Part shown: positions 37,014 through 49,670 of the stretch, one piece after another
How positions within the stretch are numbered: position 1 is the stretch's first letter
Layout of the letters: each line of letters begins with the position of its first letter
NCBI RefSeq assembly: GCF_018350175.1
Contig: NC_058379.1
Span: 64,914,001-64,978,000, forward strand
Length of the DNA stretch: 64,000 nucleotides
Reading direction: 5' to 3'
Origin: Felis catus
Taxonomy: Eukaryota
Made by a program: the position numbers and the translations under genes
The notes under the pieces: model-generated
The model's input: only the letters and a program-made list of their open reading frames with translations
Told to the model about the DNA's origin: nothing
Databases searched by the model: none

Positions 37014-38309
37014 ATAAAAATACCTGAAAATAAGAATCCAAGAGATAAGTTAAAATATCAGTAAGACACAGACTGGAACAGATAGATTCGATATAGATAT
37101 AGATATGGATAAAGATTAAAATATAGATATTATCAAATTGAAATACAGAAAACAAGAATGGAATATACAGAAAAGTGCAATCAAGCGTGTGAACATAGTA
37201 AGAAAAATATAATTGGATACTCAGAAGAAAAAGAGTAAAATGGGCAAAACAATATTTGAAGGAATTTCCACTGTACTTCTATAGCAAACAAATTTTAAAA
37301 ATTAAATATTTAAAATTATAATGGTATCAAAAATATAAAATACATAATAATAAACCTAACAAAACTTGTGTAAGATATGAACACTGACAACTACATTACT
37401 AAGAAATAAAAGAAAAACTGTATAAATCAAAGAATATACCATGATCATGGATTGGGAGAACCAATATTATAGATATTAATTCTCCCAAATTGTCTAGAGA
37501 TTCACATTACTCCAAAAATAAATCACAACACATGTGTGTTTGTATGTAAATTGACAAGTTTGTTCTAATTCTTTATGGTCATGGAAGGGATAAGAATAAC
37601 TCTGGTAATCTTGAAGGTGTATAAATCCTCTTCTTGGTCTTCAGCTGCAGAATTTGTACTTCCAGATGGCAAAACATATTATAATATTATCTTGTGAAAG
37701 TGCACTTTTGGCAAAAATGTAGTAAAACAGACAAAAAGGAGTAGAACAGAATGGAGAATGTAGAAACTGACCCATATCTTAAAAAATCATCTAATTTATG
37801 ACAAAGATAGCATTATAGTACCTTAGGAAAGAGACTTTTCAATAAATGATGTTTGTGGACAAAAATATATCATATATAAAATATCAATACCAGATGGACT
37901 GTATATCTTAACGTGAACATAAAACCAGTAATTATTTTAGAGGAAATCATAGGGGTATATATTTAATACTTTGAAGTAGGCAAAAATGAAACAAAAGAGC
38001 TAAAATCAAAAGAGTACTGATAAATCAGACTTTATTAAATTTAAATTTTCTGCCTATAAAAAGAAACCAATAAGATTTAAAAGGAAAGCCACAGAGTGAG
38101 AAGATATTTGTAATACATCAATCTAAAAAAGATTCATGCCCAGCATACATAAAGAATTTCTTTGAATCAATAAGAAAGACAGCAGGAAAATGAGCAAAAG
38201 ATTTCAAGAGGAACTTCTTAAAATCCAAATGTTGAAATGACAAATTGACATATGAAATGGTGCTCAAGTTTATTAGAAATCTGGGTATTGGAAATTAAAA
38301 CCAAAATAA

Positions 38310-38463
38310 GGAGCACCTGGGTGGCTCAGTCAGTTGAGCGTCTGACTCTTGATTTTGGCTCAGGTGTCACCATTGGTGGGTTCAAGCCCCGCATCAGGCT
38401 CTGTGCTGACAGCGTAGAGCCTGCTTGGGATTCTGTTTCTCCATCTCTCTCTGCCCCTCCCCT

Positions 38464-38498
<35 letters not shown>

Positions 38499-38530
38499 AT
38501 AAATAAATAAACTGAAAAAAATAAATAAAT
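38310..38530 (+). mobile_element. Can-SINE
   Basis: Full element; TSD taaaaccaaaataag / taaaaccagagtaag. Confidence 0.95.
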
Positions 38531-41500
38531 AAAACCAGAGTAAGATTCAACACAGAATGGCTAAAATGAATGATGATGACTGGAACTCTCATACAGACTG
38601 AAAGTGAAAGTGTGAATTATTAACAGTCACCTGAACTGCTACAGCTAAACAGGCAAAGTTCAAAAAAGAACATTGATTGGTAAATAAGTCAATTTGCATT
38701 TTTAAATGATTCATTTTAACACGAGATATTATTACAACTTTGATGCTTTCACACACAATCACCTAAAAAATCTAAATATTTATAGATGTATGAATCAAGT
38801 TTTTCTAATGCCAATTGAGCAAAAAAACAGTATTCATAGTATTTGTGTGTTTATCTCTCATGCTGCACACATCCTTGGGGTTCTGTCTTCCAGCTCAAAA
38901 CATCAACCACCATTATGATATGTGTTATTGACAGAAAACATTTTCTCAACAGAATTATATGTGCCAGGAATAAATGCTTGCAGTGGAAATATTTTTGCTT
39001 TTTAACATTGAGCACAGGATATATTTCATCTGGGGTCCATGTGCATCCCATCAATGTTCCATTCTACAAACAGCTAAAACTATTCTATTCTATGATTGTG
39101 TCTCAAATGTCCACACTACTATTAATCATCCAACAAAATTATTATACTTTATAAAGTGTCATGGTAGTTATCTTTGTGAGTTTATCTTTTAAACAGCATT
39201 GATGCCTAAATATTGACTTCAAGGTGTTAGTGGAAATCAAAGAAGATCACATCTTAATGCTACTCAGCAGTGTTAACCAATGATCATATAAACACCTGTA
39301 TGTCCATCTTCTGGGCCTCCCATTGTTCTGCTTCATTGCTCTTCCCTTTTCCTCTTCCTATCCTAACTTCCCACAAAAATTCTACGATCCTCTGTATTAT
39401 CAAATAATAATAATTAATAATCTACAGAAGCCATTGCTTTATCAGTATTCCAACAGTGTGAATTGGAGCTTCAGTGAACTGATGTCTCTCAATAATAAAT
39501 AAACATTTATTTAATAATAAATAAACATTTTTTAAAAATCAAAAAAAATCTAGATAGCCTTCAAAGGAATAATATACTCAGTTCTGAGTACTTAATGTAG
39601 GTAGGTGATTCTCAGATTGCTTTCCTTTACAAGGACATCCTAAGATCCCAAGTCCATGAGAATGATATATGGGCACTTACACAGGAGATATGGAAGTTGA
39701 AGAGTGGAGGGATAAGTTGGAAACACAAACATTGTCTCCTTCAATATTATCTCAGGGACCAAAAAAAAAAAAAAAAAAAAAAAAAACACAGATTGCTCTT
39801 CCTTGCTTGTGGCTGCCCCTTGAACATAAGAAGCCTTCCCATGTGGCAGTGGGGTTGACATCAAAACTATAATAAAAAAAAAATACTGAATCCCTTTCTA
39901 AGCCAAACACTGACTGTTAGGCCCCAGGAGCTCCGAAAAGATGTGAGAAAGAGAGACTTCTTCTGTCTCCATTGAAGCTGGAGTTTACAGCAGCCAAAGT
40001 CATTTTACCCCATATTTGGCAAAGCAATCCAAAAGCTGTATCCAATCCTGCAGCTAGGCTAATCTCAACTTTCAGCACTGTCTGCAAACAGATTTGGGAA
40101 TTGCCAACTGCCTGATTCCACTGGCCTGGGAAAAGTTCTTTAGCTAAGTGCTGCTCTGTTCTGCACTTCAGTATTGTCTTTGAGCTAGTAGATGAAATAA
40201 ATAACACCCATTGGACAAGACTGGAGAGGGGGCACATGGGCAGGGAATTCTCTATTAAATGCAAATGCAATAATAATGCAAAAAGCTCTTAACATCTTTT
40301 AGTGAGTCAGTCAGCTCTTGGGTTAGCAAGTACACCCAGCACTAAATGACCACCCAAGGTTATTACTGTTGAAAAGGGAGAGAAAGTGTGAAAATCATCT
40401 CCAAAGAAGAGCAGGTCTGTATGAAGCCAAGCAGAAGCTTAGCATCTAGTCTTAGTACTCTAGTCTTAGTACTGCAGGTTTTGGGTGAGAAAACAATCAG
40501 GGTAGTGGACAACAAAAACAAAAAGTCTGTGAGAGGAAAATTGTGAGAATTCTGAGTACTAGGCTTTTAAGATTGATAGAGATGCTTCCTTGAGGTAAAA
40601 GAGAACTCAGGCCCTCCAGACAAGCCCTGCTCTTGGGAAAAGTTGTCCGTATGACAGTTTCAGAAGGTCACCAGCACTAGATCCCATGACTTTCTTCTCA
40701 TTAGCTCCAGTCTACTTCTGGCCCTAGTGATCTCAGAAATGCCAGTCTTCATTGGAATCAGGGTCTTCTATTGTGTGAAGCAGGGTCTGACCCTGACTGA
40801 GTTCCCACTCCTGCTTTTTCTTTGTGGGCTAAAGTTTAGCTTCTTTCCCAGGTTCCACCATTCAGTGTTTTCCACTTTCTACTTTTGTCTTTGCTAGTCC
40901 CATCCCCTATAAAGTTCTTGCCTCCATGAGCCCAGATGGGAATGAACTCAAGATCAGCTTTGCTTGCCTCAAAATTTTCACGCCACCATATATTGTACAG
41001 GATTATCTAAGGGAGCTGGAGGGCTAGAGGACTGGTCTGGTGGTGGCACCAGAAGCTAGGATAAAAAGAATTCCAGTCTTCAGGTAAATTGAAAGAGCTA
41101 AAGAGGAAGACATAGGAACATAGGGACAGAGCTCTCTACCATCCACAGCAACCCTGGGCACCAGCAGAACTCCCCTGGAAGCCCCTCACAATGAACATCT
41201 CAGAGCTCATTAGCATTTTAAAGATACCTGGAAGCTTCAATCTCCCAGTTGGAACATGATTTCAAGTGTCAGCTTAAGGGAATCAAGGCATTCCCCTCCT
41301 TTTATTTACATGTAAAGCAGAAAGAAGGACAATAGTTACAAGTTGCTGTGCCCCTGGAAGAAGAAGGTGTGATAATCACAGGATAACATTACACCTCCAG
41401 AGCACCTCCTAGGCTCATCCAGCTGTTGCCTTCAGCTAGCCAGCTGCTTGGAGGACTGTCACATTTGGGATGAAGGTGGAAGACATTTTTAGGTTTGTTG

Positions 41501-42330
41501 ATAATTGAGTGAAGCAGCAGGTGGGAGATAATTGCACTTAAAGGCAGGGCCAGCACACAGGTTTGGACCTCAGGCTAATCCTTCAGATCCTTTGAACTGA
41601 GTGATTTTTTTTCTCTTGCTGGAAGAAGAGGAGAGAGAATTTTCCTATGAGAGCTTCCAAAAGAGAGAGGAGAAAGAAAAACTGTGAGGTTCTCACCAGG
41701 TGAGAAGGAGAAGGAACTCTCAGCTGCCCTCTGTTGAGTTTGAATATTCATCCCTCTATGTACATGTAGTGCAGTCATGATGCCCACCAATTATGGGAAG
41801 GGTAAATGATGCTATTGCCACAAAACTTCAGGAAAGATCCAGATCCTTGTCTACCCATTGGTCTGCAGCTGGAAAAATATACTTTCTCATCAGCCTGGCC
41901 TCAGTACAATTCAAAATCCTCACATAGAGCATTTTCTATAAAACAAATGGAAAAGGCAAAGAATAGAAACAGCTCTGTCAACAAAATAAGGATGGATTTT
42001 GCTTACTAACTTAAAGTTCAGTCATAGCTGTGGCTATCCCTACTCTCTTTGCTCATCTACTTCTGTCTGGGAAGGATACTGAAACGTCCCAAGTCCCGCA
42101 GACTACCAATCCAAAGCAGAGTTTGGTTAGCACTGACCCCATGAGAATGATGGGACACAGTACCCCCAACCTCTGGTATTACTGACCCAAAATGAGATTT
42201 CTCCATAGTCTCCTTTGGCTGTGAGCATGCTGCAATTGAAATCTCCAGTCCCTTGAAAAGGGAAAGTAATGTGTTATCTGCCCTGTAGAAGGTCTCTCTT
42301 TGTCTTTGGAGCATCTTAAATTACCTTTTC

Positions 42331-42552
42331 TTTTTTAATTTTTTTAATGTTTATTTATTTTTGAAAGAGAGAGAGCACATGCGTGCAGGCGGGGGAGGGG
42401 CAGAGAGAGAGAGGGAGACACAGAATCCAAAGCAGGCTCCAGGTTCTGAGCTGTCAGCACAGAGCCTGATATGGGGCTCGAACACACAGACCGCAAGATC
42501 ATGACCTGAGTGGAAGTCAGATGCTTAACAGACTGAGCCACCCAGATGCCCC
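42331..42552 (-). mobile_element. Can-SINE
   Basis: Antisense full element ending 'gactgagccacccagatgcccc'. Confidence 0.95.
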
Positions 42553-43040
42553 TTGGATTATCTTTTAAGTTGCCACTTTCACACCCTCTGATAGTCTCTT
42601 TGACACCTGCATTTACGATCATTCCTCTAAAGCAATTTTCTCTGTCTGGGTGGCTTGTCCAGACAGAGCACATCCACCTGTCTGTCACTAGGCTTCTTCA
42701 CCTAGTGTTCCAAGCTTATATTCAGGGTTAGGGTCACTGACAGTTATGTGGGCTCAGCAGCTTTTACAATTATCTCTGAAGGCTGTGTGTCTCAATCCAA
42801 GTTCTTTATAAACTGAGGGATGTCTCTAATTTCATATTGTTACAAAGTAATAGCTCTACTCAGCCTACCTTTCTCTAGCACTGACTAAGAGATGGTTCTC
42901 AGATGCAGACACTCTTACTTACAGGAAGAGCTCTCTTTAGGATATTTGGAAATTGTCCCTTCCCCAATGGTCTCTGTGCTTTGAAGGCCCATGAGGCTTG
43001 TGCATGTTGGGAGGGTTAGTGGAGGGGAGTGATATGAGGT

Positions 43041-43600
43041 TGTATTAATCGGGGTTTAGTGAAGGAAATAGTATCATCACAATTGTCATGGAATAAGGAA
43101 TTTCCAAAAAAGGATTAGACCCTATGTGATTGAGGGAGTCACTGGAAAAGTAAAGGTTTAGAGTGGAAGGGTCAGAGAGGTCCTTAACTAGCATGGTATG
43201 CCTGAATGAATTGGAGCTTACAGGAACATCTGGAGGTTAGGAGTGTCTAGATGCTGGAGTCCAGCTGTGAAGAAGGCTGTAGATGTATGCAGAAGGCATT
43301 TGGCTCTGTGTAAGTGCTACCTCTGTGAGTTTGCAGGAAAGGGTAAGATGGCAGACCATGGATGCTATTGGTCAGCAAGTCCACCAGTTGAGATCAAGAA
43401 TAAATTGAAACCCACGTGCACCTCTGTGTCTATCTTTCATCACTTCTCACTGACAACCTTCATTTTCTGTTTCATATCCACCTCCCAAATCTCATGCAAC
43501 TTCACTTTTGAACCCAACCCAGAAAACCTTAGACATTCCCCGAGATTCTGGGAAATCTAGTTTCTAGTGTAACAAAATTGGCAATAGAAATCCAGTATAC
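43041..43600 (-). mobile_element. Ancient solo LTR (ERVL-class-like, family uncertain)
   Basis: Begins 'tgtattaatcggggtttagt'; near the other end 'gattctgggaaatctagtttc', typical of old eutherian LTRs. Confidence 0.55.
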
Positions 43601-43841
43601 TTGTATCTACTCTGTAGTCCCTCTCCACTGTCCCATCACCACCATCACTGAGGCAGGAAGTGGGTTTCCCCCAGACATCCACAGCTCTCCCAGATTTAAA
43701 CACAACCACCTCCCTTTAGTGATTGACATTTGTTTAAACCTGATTTCACCTAGGTTCAACAAACATTAAGGAACACAGAATGTGTGGATACATAGTATAG
43801 TTTTCCTTGAGAGTTTCATTCTCTTGGCACAGTCTGGTTGC

Positions 43842-43913
43842 AGATGTCTGTGGGATATGCCCATAGGATATCCTATGGAATATGTCTATGGGATATGTCT
43901 ATGGAATATGTCT
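43842..43913. repeat. 13-bp minisatellite (atatgtctatggR), ~5.5 copies
   Basis: agatgtctgtggg atatgcccatagg atatcctatgga atatgtctatggg atatgtctatgga atatgtct. Confidence 0.8.
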
Positions 43914-44379
43914 GCCAACATATCTTCATCTGGCCTGATTCCCATCCTCTCACTTGCACTTACATTTCCTGAAATTTTTCTCCTGAATACTCCTAGTAAA
44001 CCAAAGAGAGGATCTATAGAGGGCTCTTTGCTGGTTCTAAGTTTTAAACTGAGAGACAGAATTAAATAATAGCTGTCCCTGCCAACAATTGCAAATGCCA
44101 AGGCCAGAATTCAGGAGCAAGTTATAAGACCAAATAAACTGGACCTTCTTGCTACAAAGTCCCAGTAGCTTTCATCCCTTCTCACTGTGACTTGCCCTAA
44201 AATGCAATTCTTCCCCATGGGTGCCCTCACTCTTTATTTATATCAGAACTATATCTCACTTTCCTTTTTATTTCCCAGTCTTTCCCAGTCCCTTTCCTTT
44301 TCTTCCACCTCCTAATTTTTTTTTCTTCTCCATTTCCAAAATCCACAGCCCTTGAAAAATCCCTTGTGAAATATGAATA

Positions 44380-44562
44380 CAGTGTTTCTTAGTGTGATTG
44401 GTGGATCCCCTGTTTTGAAATCCCCATGATTTTATTAACAAATTCTGGGACCCTGTTTCAAATCCACTAAACCAGGACCAGGTGATGGATGGATCCACGA
44501 ATCTGGATCTCTAACATACATTCTAAATAATTCTTACATAAACCCAGTTTTTAAAAATACTG
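44380..44562. mobile_element. MER5-like hAT remnant
   Basis: Ends 'cagtgtttctt' and 'aaaatactg', internal 'taattcttacataaacccagttt'. Confidence 0.5.
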
Positions 44563-44951
44563 CACTAAAGGCTTTAAGAAAACAAATTAATATTATTAAT
44601 GGTTGGTTCCTGATACTTTATCCTTAGGCCATGAAAGTAGTTTACCCGTCTTTTATTTAAATATCTCCTAATTGCATTATTCAATATGTTGTGCTTCTGT
44701 TGAAAATAGGCTTGAGCATCTAAGAGGACTAGCATAAGACCACAGTCATTTGGAAATGGGTGTTACTGGAAAGGGGTCGTTAGGAGATAGAGCTGGGTGA
44801 AGGGGTTGGGGTAGAGGTCTCACACTAATAGTATTCATTGGGAAAAGGCCAGGACTTCATTCTCTTGCTGTTTCCCCCATAAGACATTTTCTGCAACTTT
44901 AGAGATGATAATAATGCTCTGTTCTTTTTCTAATTGTCCAGGCTTCCTGAA

Positions 44952-45595
44952 TATCTTAGTTTGCTCAGGCTGCTGTAACCAAATACCACACACACAGGAG
45001 GGTGGAGAGAGGTTTAAACAACAGAAATTCATTCTTCAAAGTCCTGGAGGCTGCAAGTCCCAGATCTGGATCTGGAAGGGTTCTGCTTCTAATGAAGCTT
45101 CTCTTCCTGGCTTTTATACAGCAATCTTCACATGGCCTTTCCTCTGAGTGCACAAAGAGGGATGGAGCTCCATTGTCTCTTCTTTTTTTTTATTTTTTTA
45201 ATGTTTATTTATTTTTAAGAATCAGAGACAGACTGAAAGCAGGGGAGGGGCCGGGGAGGGGCAAGGGAGGGGCTGAGAGAGAGGGAGACACAGAATCTGA
45301 AGCAGGCTCCAGGCTCCGAGCTGTCAGCACAGAGCCCAACATGGGGTTTGAACTCACAAGCTATGAGATCATGACCTGATCCAAAGTCAGATGCTTAACC
45401 GACTGCGCCACCCTGCTGCCTCTCCAGTGTCTCTTCTTAATAAGAACAATAATTCTATGGATCAGGGCCCCACCTTTATGACCTCATTTAACCTTTATTA
45501 CTTCTGTTAAAGCCTTTTCTCCAAATGCAGTCACATTGAAGGTTAGAGCTTCAACATATGAATTTGGGAGAGATCCAAACATTCAGTCCATAATA
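44952..45595 (-). mobile_element. MaLR solo LTR (MLT1A-like), split by a SINE
   Basis: 'tcttagtttgctcaggctgctgtaaccaaatacca', 'ctggaggctgcaagtcc', 'gcttcaacatatgaatttgg...cattcagtccataa'. Confidence 0.9.
45184..45421 (-). mobile_element. Can-SINE
   Basis: Antisense full element; TSD ctcca(t/g)tgtctcttct. Confidence 0.95.
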
Positions 45596-45915
45596 CTGAG
45601 CTTAATGCTGGAGCTCCAGAACAGGTGGATGGCTTTCAGATGCAAAAGAATCACAAGTTATCTGCAGAGGACTTTGGGCATAAGACAATGGGTTCTTCTG
45701 AATGACAGACTCAGAGCCTCCTTGTAAGAATTCTTATTAACATGATGCATATATCACTGCATCCATCAAGACCTCCATCTTATCACAGAATGCTTCTCTC
45801 AGGCCTCACCCCAGCTTATCATACTTGCAGGCCATTCTGTTTGGAGTTAACGGTGGCTCTCTCTTCTTTGTCCTTGGCCTTGCCCTCTCTCCTAAGGCGG
45901 CAAAAATATCTATTG

Positions 45916-46129
45916 CAGGGTTTCTCAACCTTGGCAGTATTAACATTCATGGATGGACAATTCTTTGTTGTGAGTGGCTATCCTACATATTGCAGAATAT
46001 TTAGCAGGCTCTCTGACCTTTACTCACTGGATGCAGATAGGACCCATTCCAGTTGTGAGAACAAAAAATGTCTGTACACGTTGTCAAATGCTGCTCTGGG
46101 GATGAAACTGCCCATGGTTATGAACTATT
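45916..46129 (-). mobile_element. MER20 (hAT-Charlie)
   Basis: 'cagggtttctcaaccttggcagtattaacatt...aattctttgttg...ccagttgtgagaacaaaaaatgtct...cattgtcaaatg'-type MER20 motifs across ~215 bp. Confidence 0.85.
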
Positions 46130-46789
46130 TAACCTAAACATCAGCTTCTTCATTATACTTGCATTTCTAGGGACTCAAGTACTCATTCAACTTAAATCTT
46201 GAGCTTTAGATAGCCTGATTTCTGTTCTGTTTTTTATCATCATTAAGACTCTAGGAAAAGTATAATATTGTGACAGTCTTCTTCTAATGCCACAAAGTGT
46301 GACCTGAGAACCTCTGAGGCATCAGAAAGAATGTGCTCAGAGAATTTATGACTAGGGACACAGCAATGCTATGAACTTAGAGAAATGATTTGCCCTTGAA
46401 TATTTTCATTTATAGAATGAGGAGGATCTGATTAGGGCTCGTTAAGTTCCCTTGCAGCACTAATATTCTATGAAATGTTCCAATTTCTGTGTAAAGCATC
46501 AACAGACATTAAAAACAATTATACTTCTGACCCACAGTCTGGATAATTTAACCAAATCTAAGAGTCAAATTTCTAGGATGCAAGAGCAATAAAAGTTATA
46601 GCCCCTGATCTTTTAAGTAGCTCAGTATGTTGGTCAGAAAGTTCTTGAGTATTACAGATGGTGAAGTTCAGTAGTTTACAAAGAGATGAACACATCAGGG
46701 AAGACTTCACAGAGGAGATGAGAATTAAGCTGAGTCTCAGAAAACTATTAGGAAAAGGAGAAAATGAAAAGAATACTTTGAGTTGCTTG

Positions 46790-46977
46790 CACTAGATCAC
46801 AACTCTGTGCATTAGAATCACCTGGGAAGTTTCTTCACTTCCCTCCCCTCCCCCTTGCTCAGGCATCACCAAAAATCCATTAAATCCAATATCTAGAGAT
46901 GAGGCCTGGGCATTGGCATTTTTTTCAAAGTTCCCTAGGTGATTCTAACCTGCAGGCGGTGTTGAGAATAACCACTA
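46790..46977. mobile_element. MER5A (hAT-Charlie)
   Basis: 'cattagaatcacctgggaag', 'aagttccctaggtgattctaacctgcag...gttgagaataaccact'. Confidence 0.8.
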
Positions 46978-49169
46978 AGCTAGGCAAAGCAAGATGAGTA
47001 AGGCTTTCATTATTTTAATATGTTATAATAACACTTAGCACCTGCGAGGTCTTTTCATGCTCTTGGCATTTAACTTGAAACGTATATTAATTACTTACCA
47101 AAAGAAAATCCCAAAAGGCCTCTCCTTGGCCCTGACATTAAGCAGGAGCATGAACACCTGGGGGCTCTATGGGTGCCTCTGTTGGCAAATGCTCACACCT
47201 GTTCTTCCTCGCCCACCCACACAGTGGTAAGAATGAAAGCTCCTCCAGTGCACTCCTCCAGCAGCCCGCACATGCACGTGTTGCAGGTGCTTATCAAGGT
47301 GTAGGGCAATGTATCTGTTCCTCTTCATTTTCCCCCAACAGATGGTGCAGTAGTATGCACAGTGCCCAGTGCATTTTGAATAGCTGGAAGAACAAATGAA
47401 TAAATGAAAGAAAGTCAGCCAAGGATACCAACCCAGTTTCAATATCTCTTGCATTCTGGAGAATTCATTCTCATCAATTCTCTGACGTCCTGGACTCTAG
47501 ATCTGACCTGGATAGCCAGATGATACCGTCTTGGCCTCTATTGTCTTTACTGTTCACATTGAGCTTCACCTCTCTCCTCTGTTAGCCCATGGAGTGTGGA
47601 GAGAATCCTCAACTTTCCCAGTTTCCTCTGGAAGCAACTCTTACCTGCCAGACGTTGACCAGACTGCCAAGTTAGACTCAAGGCATGGTCTCTATACCTA
47701 GCAGAGCCTCTAAGGTGCCACCAATGCCTCAGAAATAACTGATTTTGAGCATCTATATAGAATGAACTGACAGTATACTTATTTCATGGACAAGGTACTT
47801 AAATTTCCACTTTGAAACCATTTGCCCCAATATATTGAGGGCTGCTATGGCAAATATGAAAACCAAAGTATTCATAGCAGTTGTACAACTGCTTCATGTA
47901 CTCATGCAGGTTTTTCTTCTGGACTATTCCACAGCCTTCTTCGTGGAAAAATTATCCCTTGTCTTTCTCATATCATCTGAATCATTGAACCTAATCTTGT
48001 ATTTTCTTTTGGTCATATTATCTTTGTCTCCCCCGAAAATTATAAGCTTCTTGAATATGGACACCCTATCTTTTGCTTCTCATACATCCAGCATAGCAAC
48101 TGGAATGTAAACTCCATGAGACAAGGGGCTGGCTGTTTTATTCACTGCATGGTCTTCTTAGGCTTCTTTTAGCACATAAAACACTTCCTGAAATGTGATA
48201 GACAGCAAATGAACATTTGTTGTATATGAAGGTAGTAAATTGAGGATGTAGTTTTACTATTCAATGTTTACAGTTCCTTTGATTTGATAATTTATAATGG
48301 TTCCTATCTCTTTTCAAAGCCAATCGTGGACAAACCTCCAATTTAGGCTGAATATGCCATTGGGAAGTTTCTCCCAAGTTTCCTTTCTGTACCCTTTTCT
48401 TAACAGCCCAGTATCTATATTCCTGGAATTAAACCTGGCTACATAAACTCATTCCCTGCATGAGGTTGGCCTTATCCTACAAAGTGTCACTTTGAATGAG
48501 AGATCACTGCCTTTCAGCCCAGTGAGGTCCACCATTTGCATTGGCTCAGCTAAGTCAAGTTTTGGAGAGAAAATCATTACATAGAAGCATGTGTAACTAA
48601 CATACTTCTACTCTATTTTTCAAGGTGTCTGCATTTTCAAAAATATTTTTTATCCCAAAAGAAATCTTCAGAGATGGGAAAAATAGTCATAAAGAATTGT
48701 AGACTTATGACTTTTTTGGCTAGAGATACTTTTTATTGGAAACTGTCTTCTATTATAACTGAGAATGCCCTTGTTTTGGTCCTAGCTGAATAATCAAAGG
48801 CTATCACTTTCCCTAAATTTCAAACTTCTTATCAAAAAAGTGACGATATTGAGCTACAACATTAGTTTTCAAATACACAATCTTCTATTTCTCTTCCCTG
48901 GGATGGGGTGTTACATGGGCAGCTAAGAGAGACAAGGATCAAATACAAGGATTCATTTCCCAGTAAATTGAATGAGTAGCATCTCAACAATGTATTTTAA
49001 TGTGTAGAGATTCTATTACTATTTATTAAATACAAATTCATTTTAAGAAAACCTTACTAAATGTAGAGTATTTGCTGTTATGCATGCTCTCCCTTATAGG
49101 ATACAAACTATACTAACAGACTCCTTTTCATCAATACTGGTAATCATCAGTCTGAAGAGTCACTATAGA

Positions 49170-49670
49170 TCCTTCCAATTGTTTCAGGAAAGAAAATAGA
49201 AGCCATTCTGGAAATATAGAGTTTTATATAAGAATTATGAGCTTATACAGCTTTTGTAAGAGCTTGGAGAACAAAGTTCCTTGAAGCCAAAGCTGAAGAT
49301 TTCAGCCTGAATCCCCAAAATACAATTTATAAGAGCTTGCCAGAAACTCCATTAAATCCACAAGAGTCTCCTTGAAGCTCCCACCAACAATCTCAATCTG
49401 CAGCAGTAAACAGTAGTTCTGAAGAACTCACTGGAAAACTCCTGCAGATCTCACATTTATTCACAGATCTGGTAGCAATGATCTCCAGAGAATAGTGACT
49501 TCTCCTTCTCTTTTTTCTCCCAAATCTATGTAAGTAGAAAATGCTAAACTAAAATTATACACGAAAAAAGATCCTGGGAAATGCAGACATTGGATTTTCC
49601 TCTGCAAAAGAGACCTCAGAAGGGTATGATATTGGTACCAAGTTGACAATAGACAGTCCAGTACTACAGA
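49170..49670 (-). mobile_element. 3' LTR of ancient ERVL provirus
   Basis: Shares blocks with 54660-55150 in the same orientation (ctccagagaatagtgac / ctccaaagaatagtgac; taccaagtt). Confidence 0.65.

Larger units (their letters stand above)
34500..38640 (+). mobile_element. Decayed ancient L1ME-like element (5' region, ORF1 remnants, ORF2 3' part) hosting later insertions
   Basis: 5' motif 'gtccctgattggagtaaagatgatcagc...gcagaggaaaggttgaatcctctc', ORF1-like 'aatagaaattccagaacttgaaaataaa', ORF2 'ataccatgatcatggattgggagaaccaatatt', 'atatgaaatggtgctcaagtttattag'. Confidence 0.65.

Noticed and set aside
39761-39786. Poly(A) runs (also ~14206, ~50190, ~55353)
   Set aside because: No flanking TSD visible, so they cannot be called retro-insertions
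40445-40473. 14-bp tandem duplication tctagtcttagtac (similar small ones at 850-870 and 28214-28245)
   Set aside because: Ordinary slippage micro-duplications
43842-43913. Regularly spaced repeats as a CRISPR-like array
   Set aside because: No unique spacers; eukaryotic minisatellite
45742-46137. 131-aa ORF
   Set aside because: Second half is MER20; no recognisable protein or splice context
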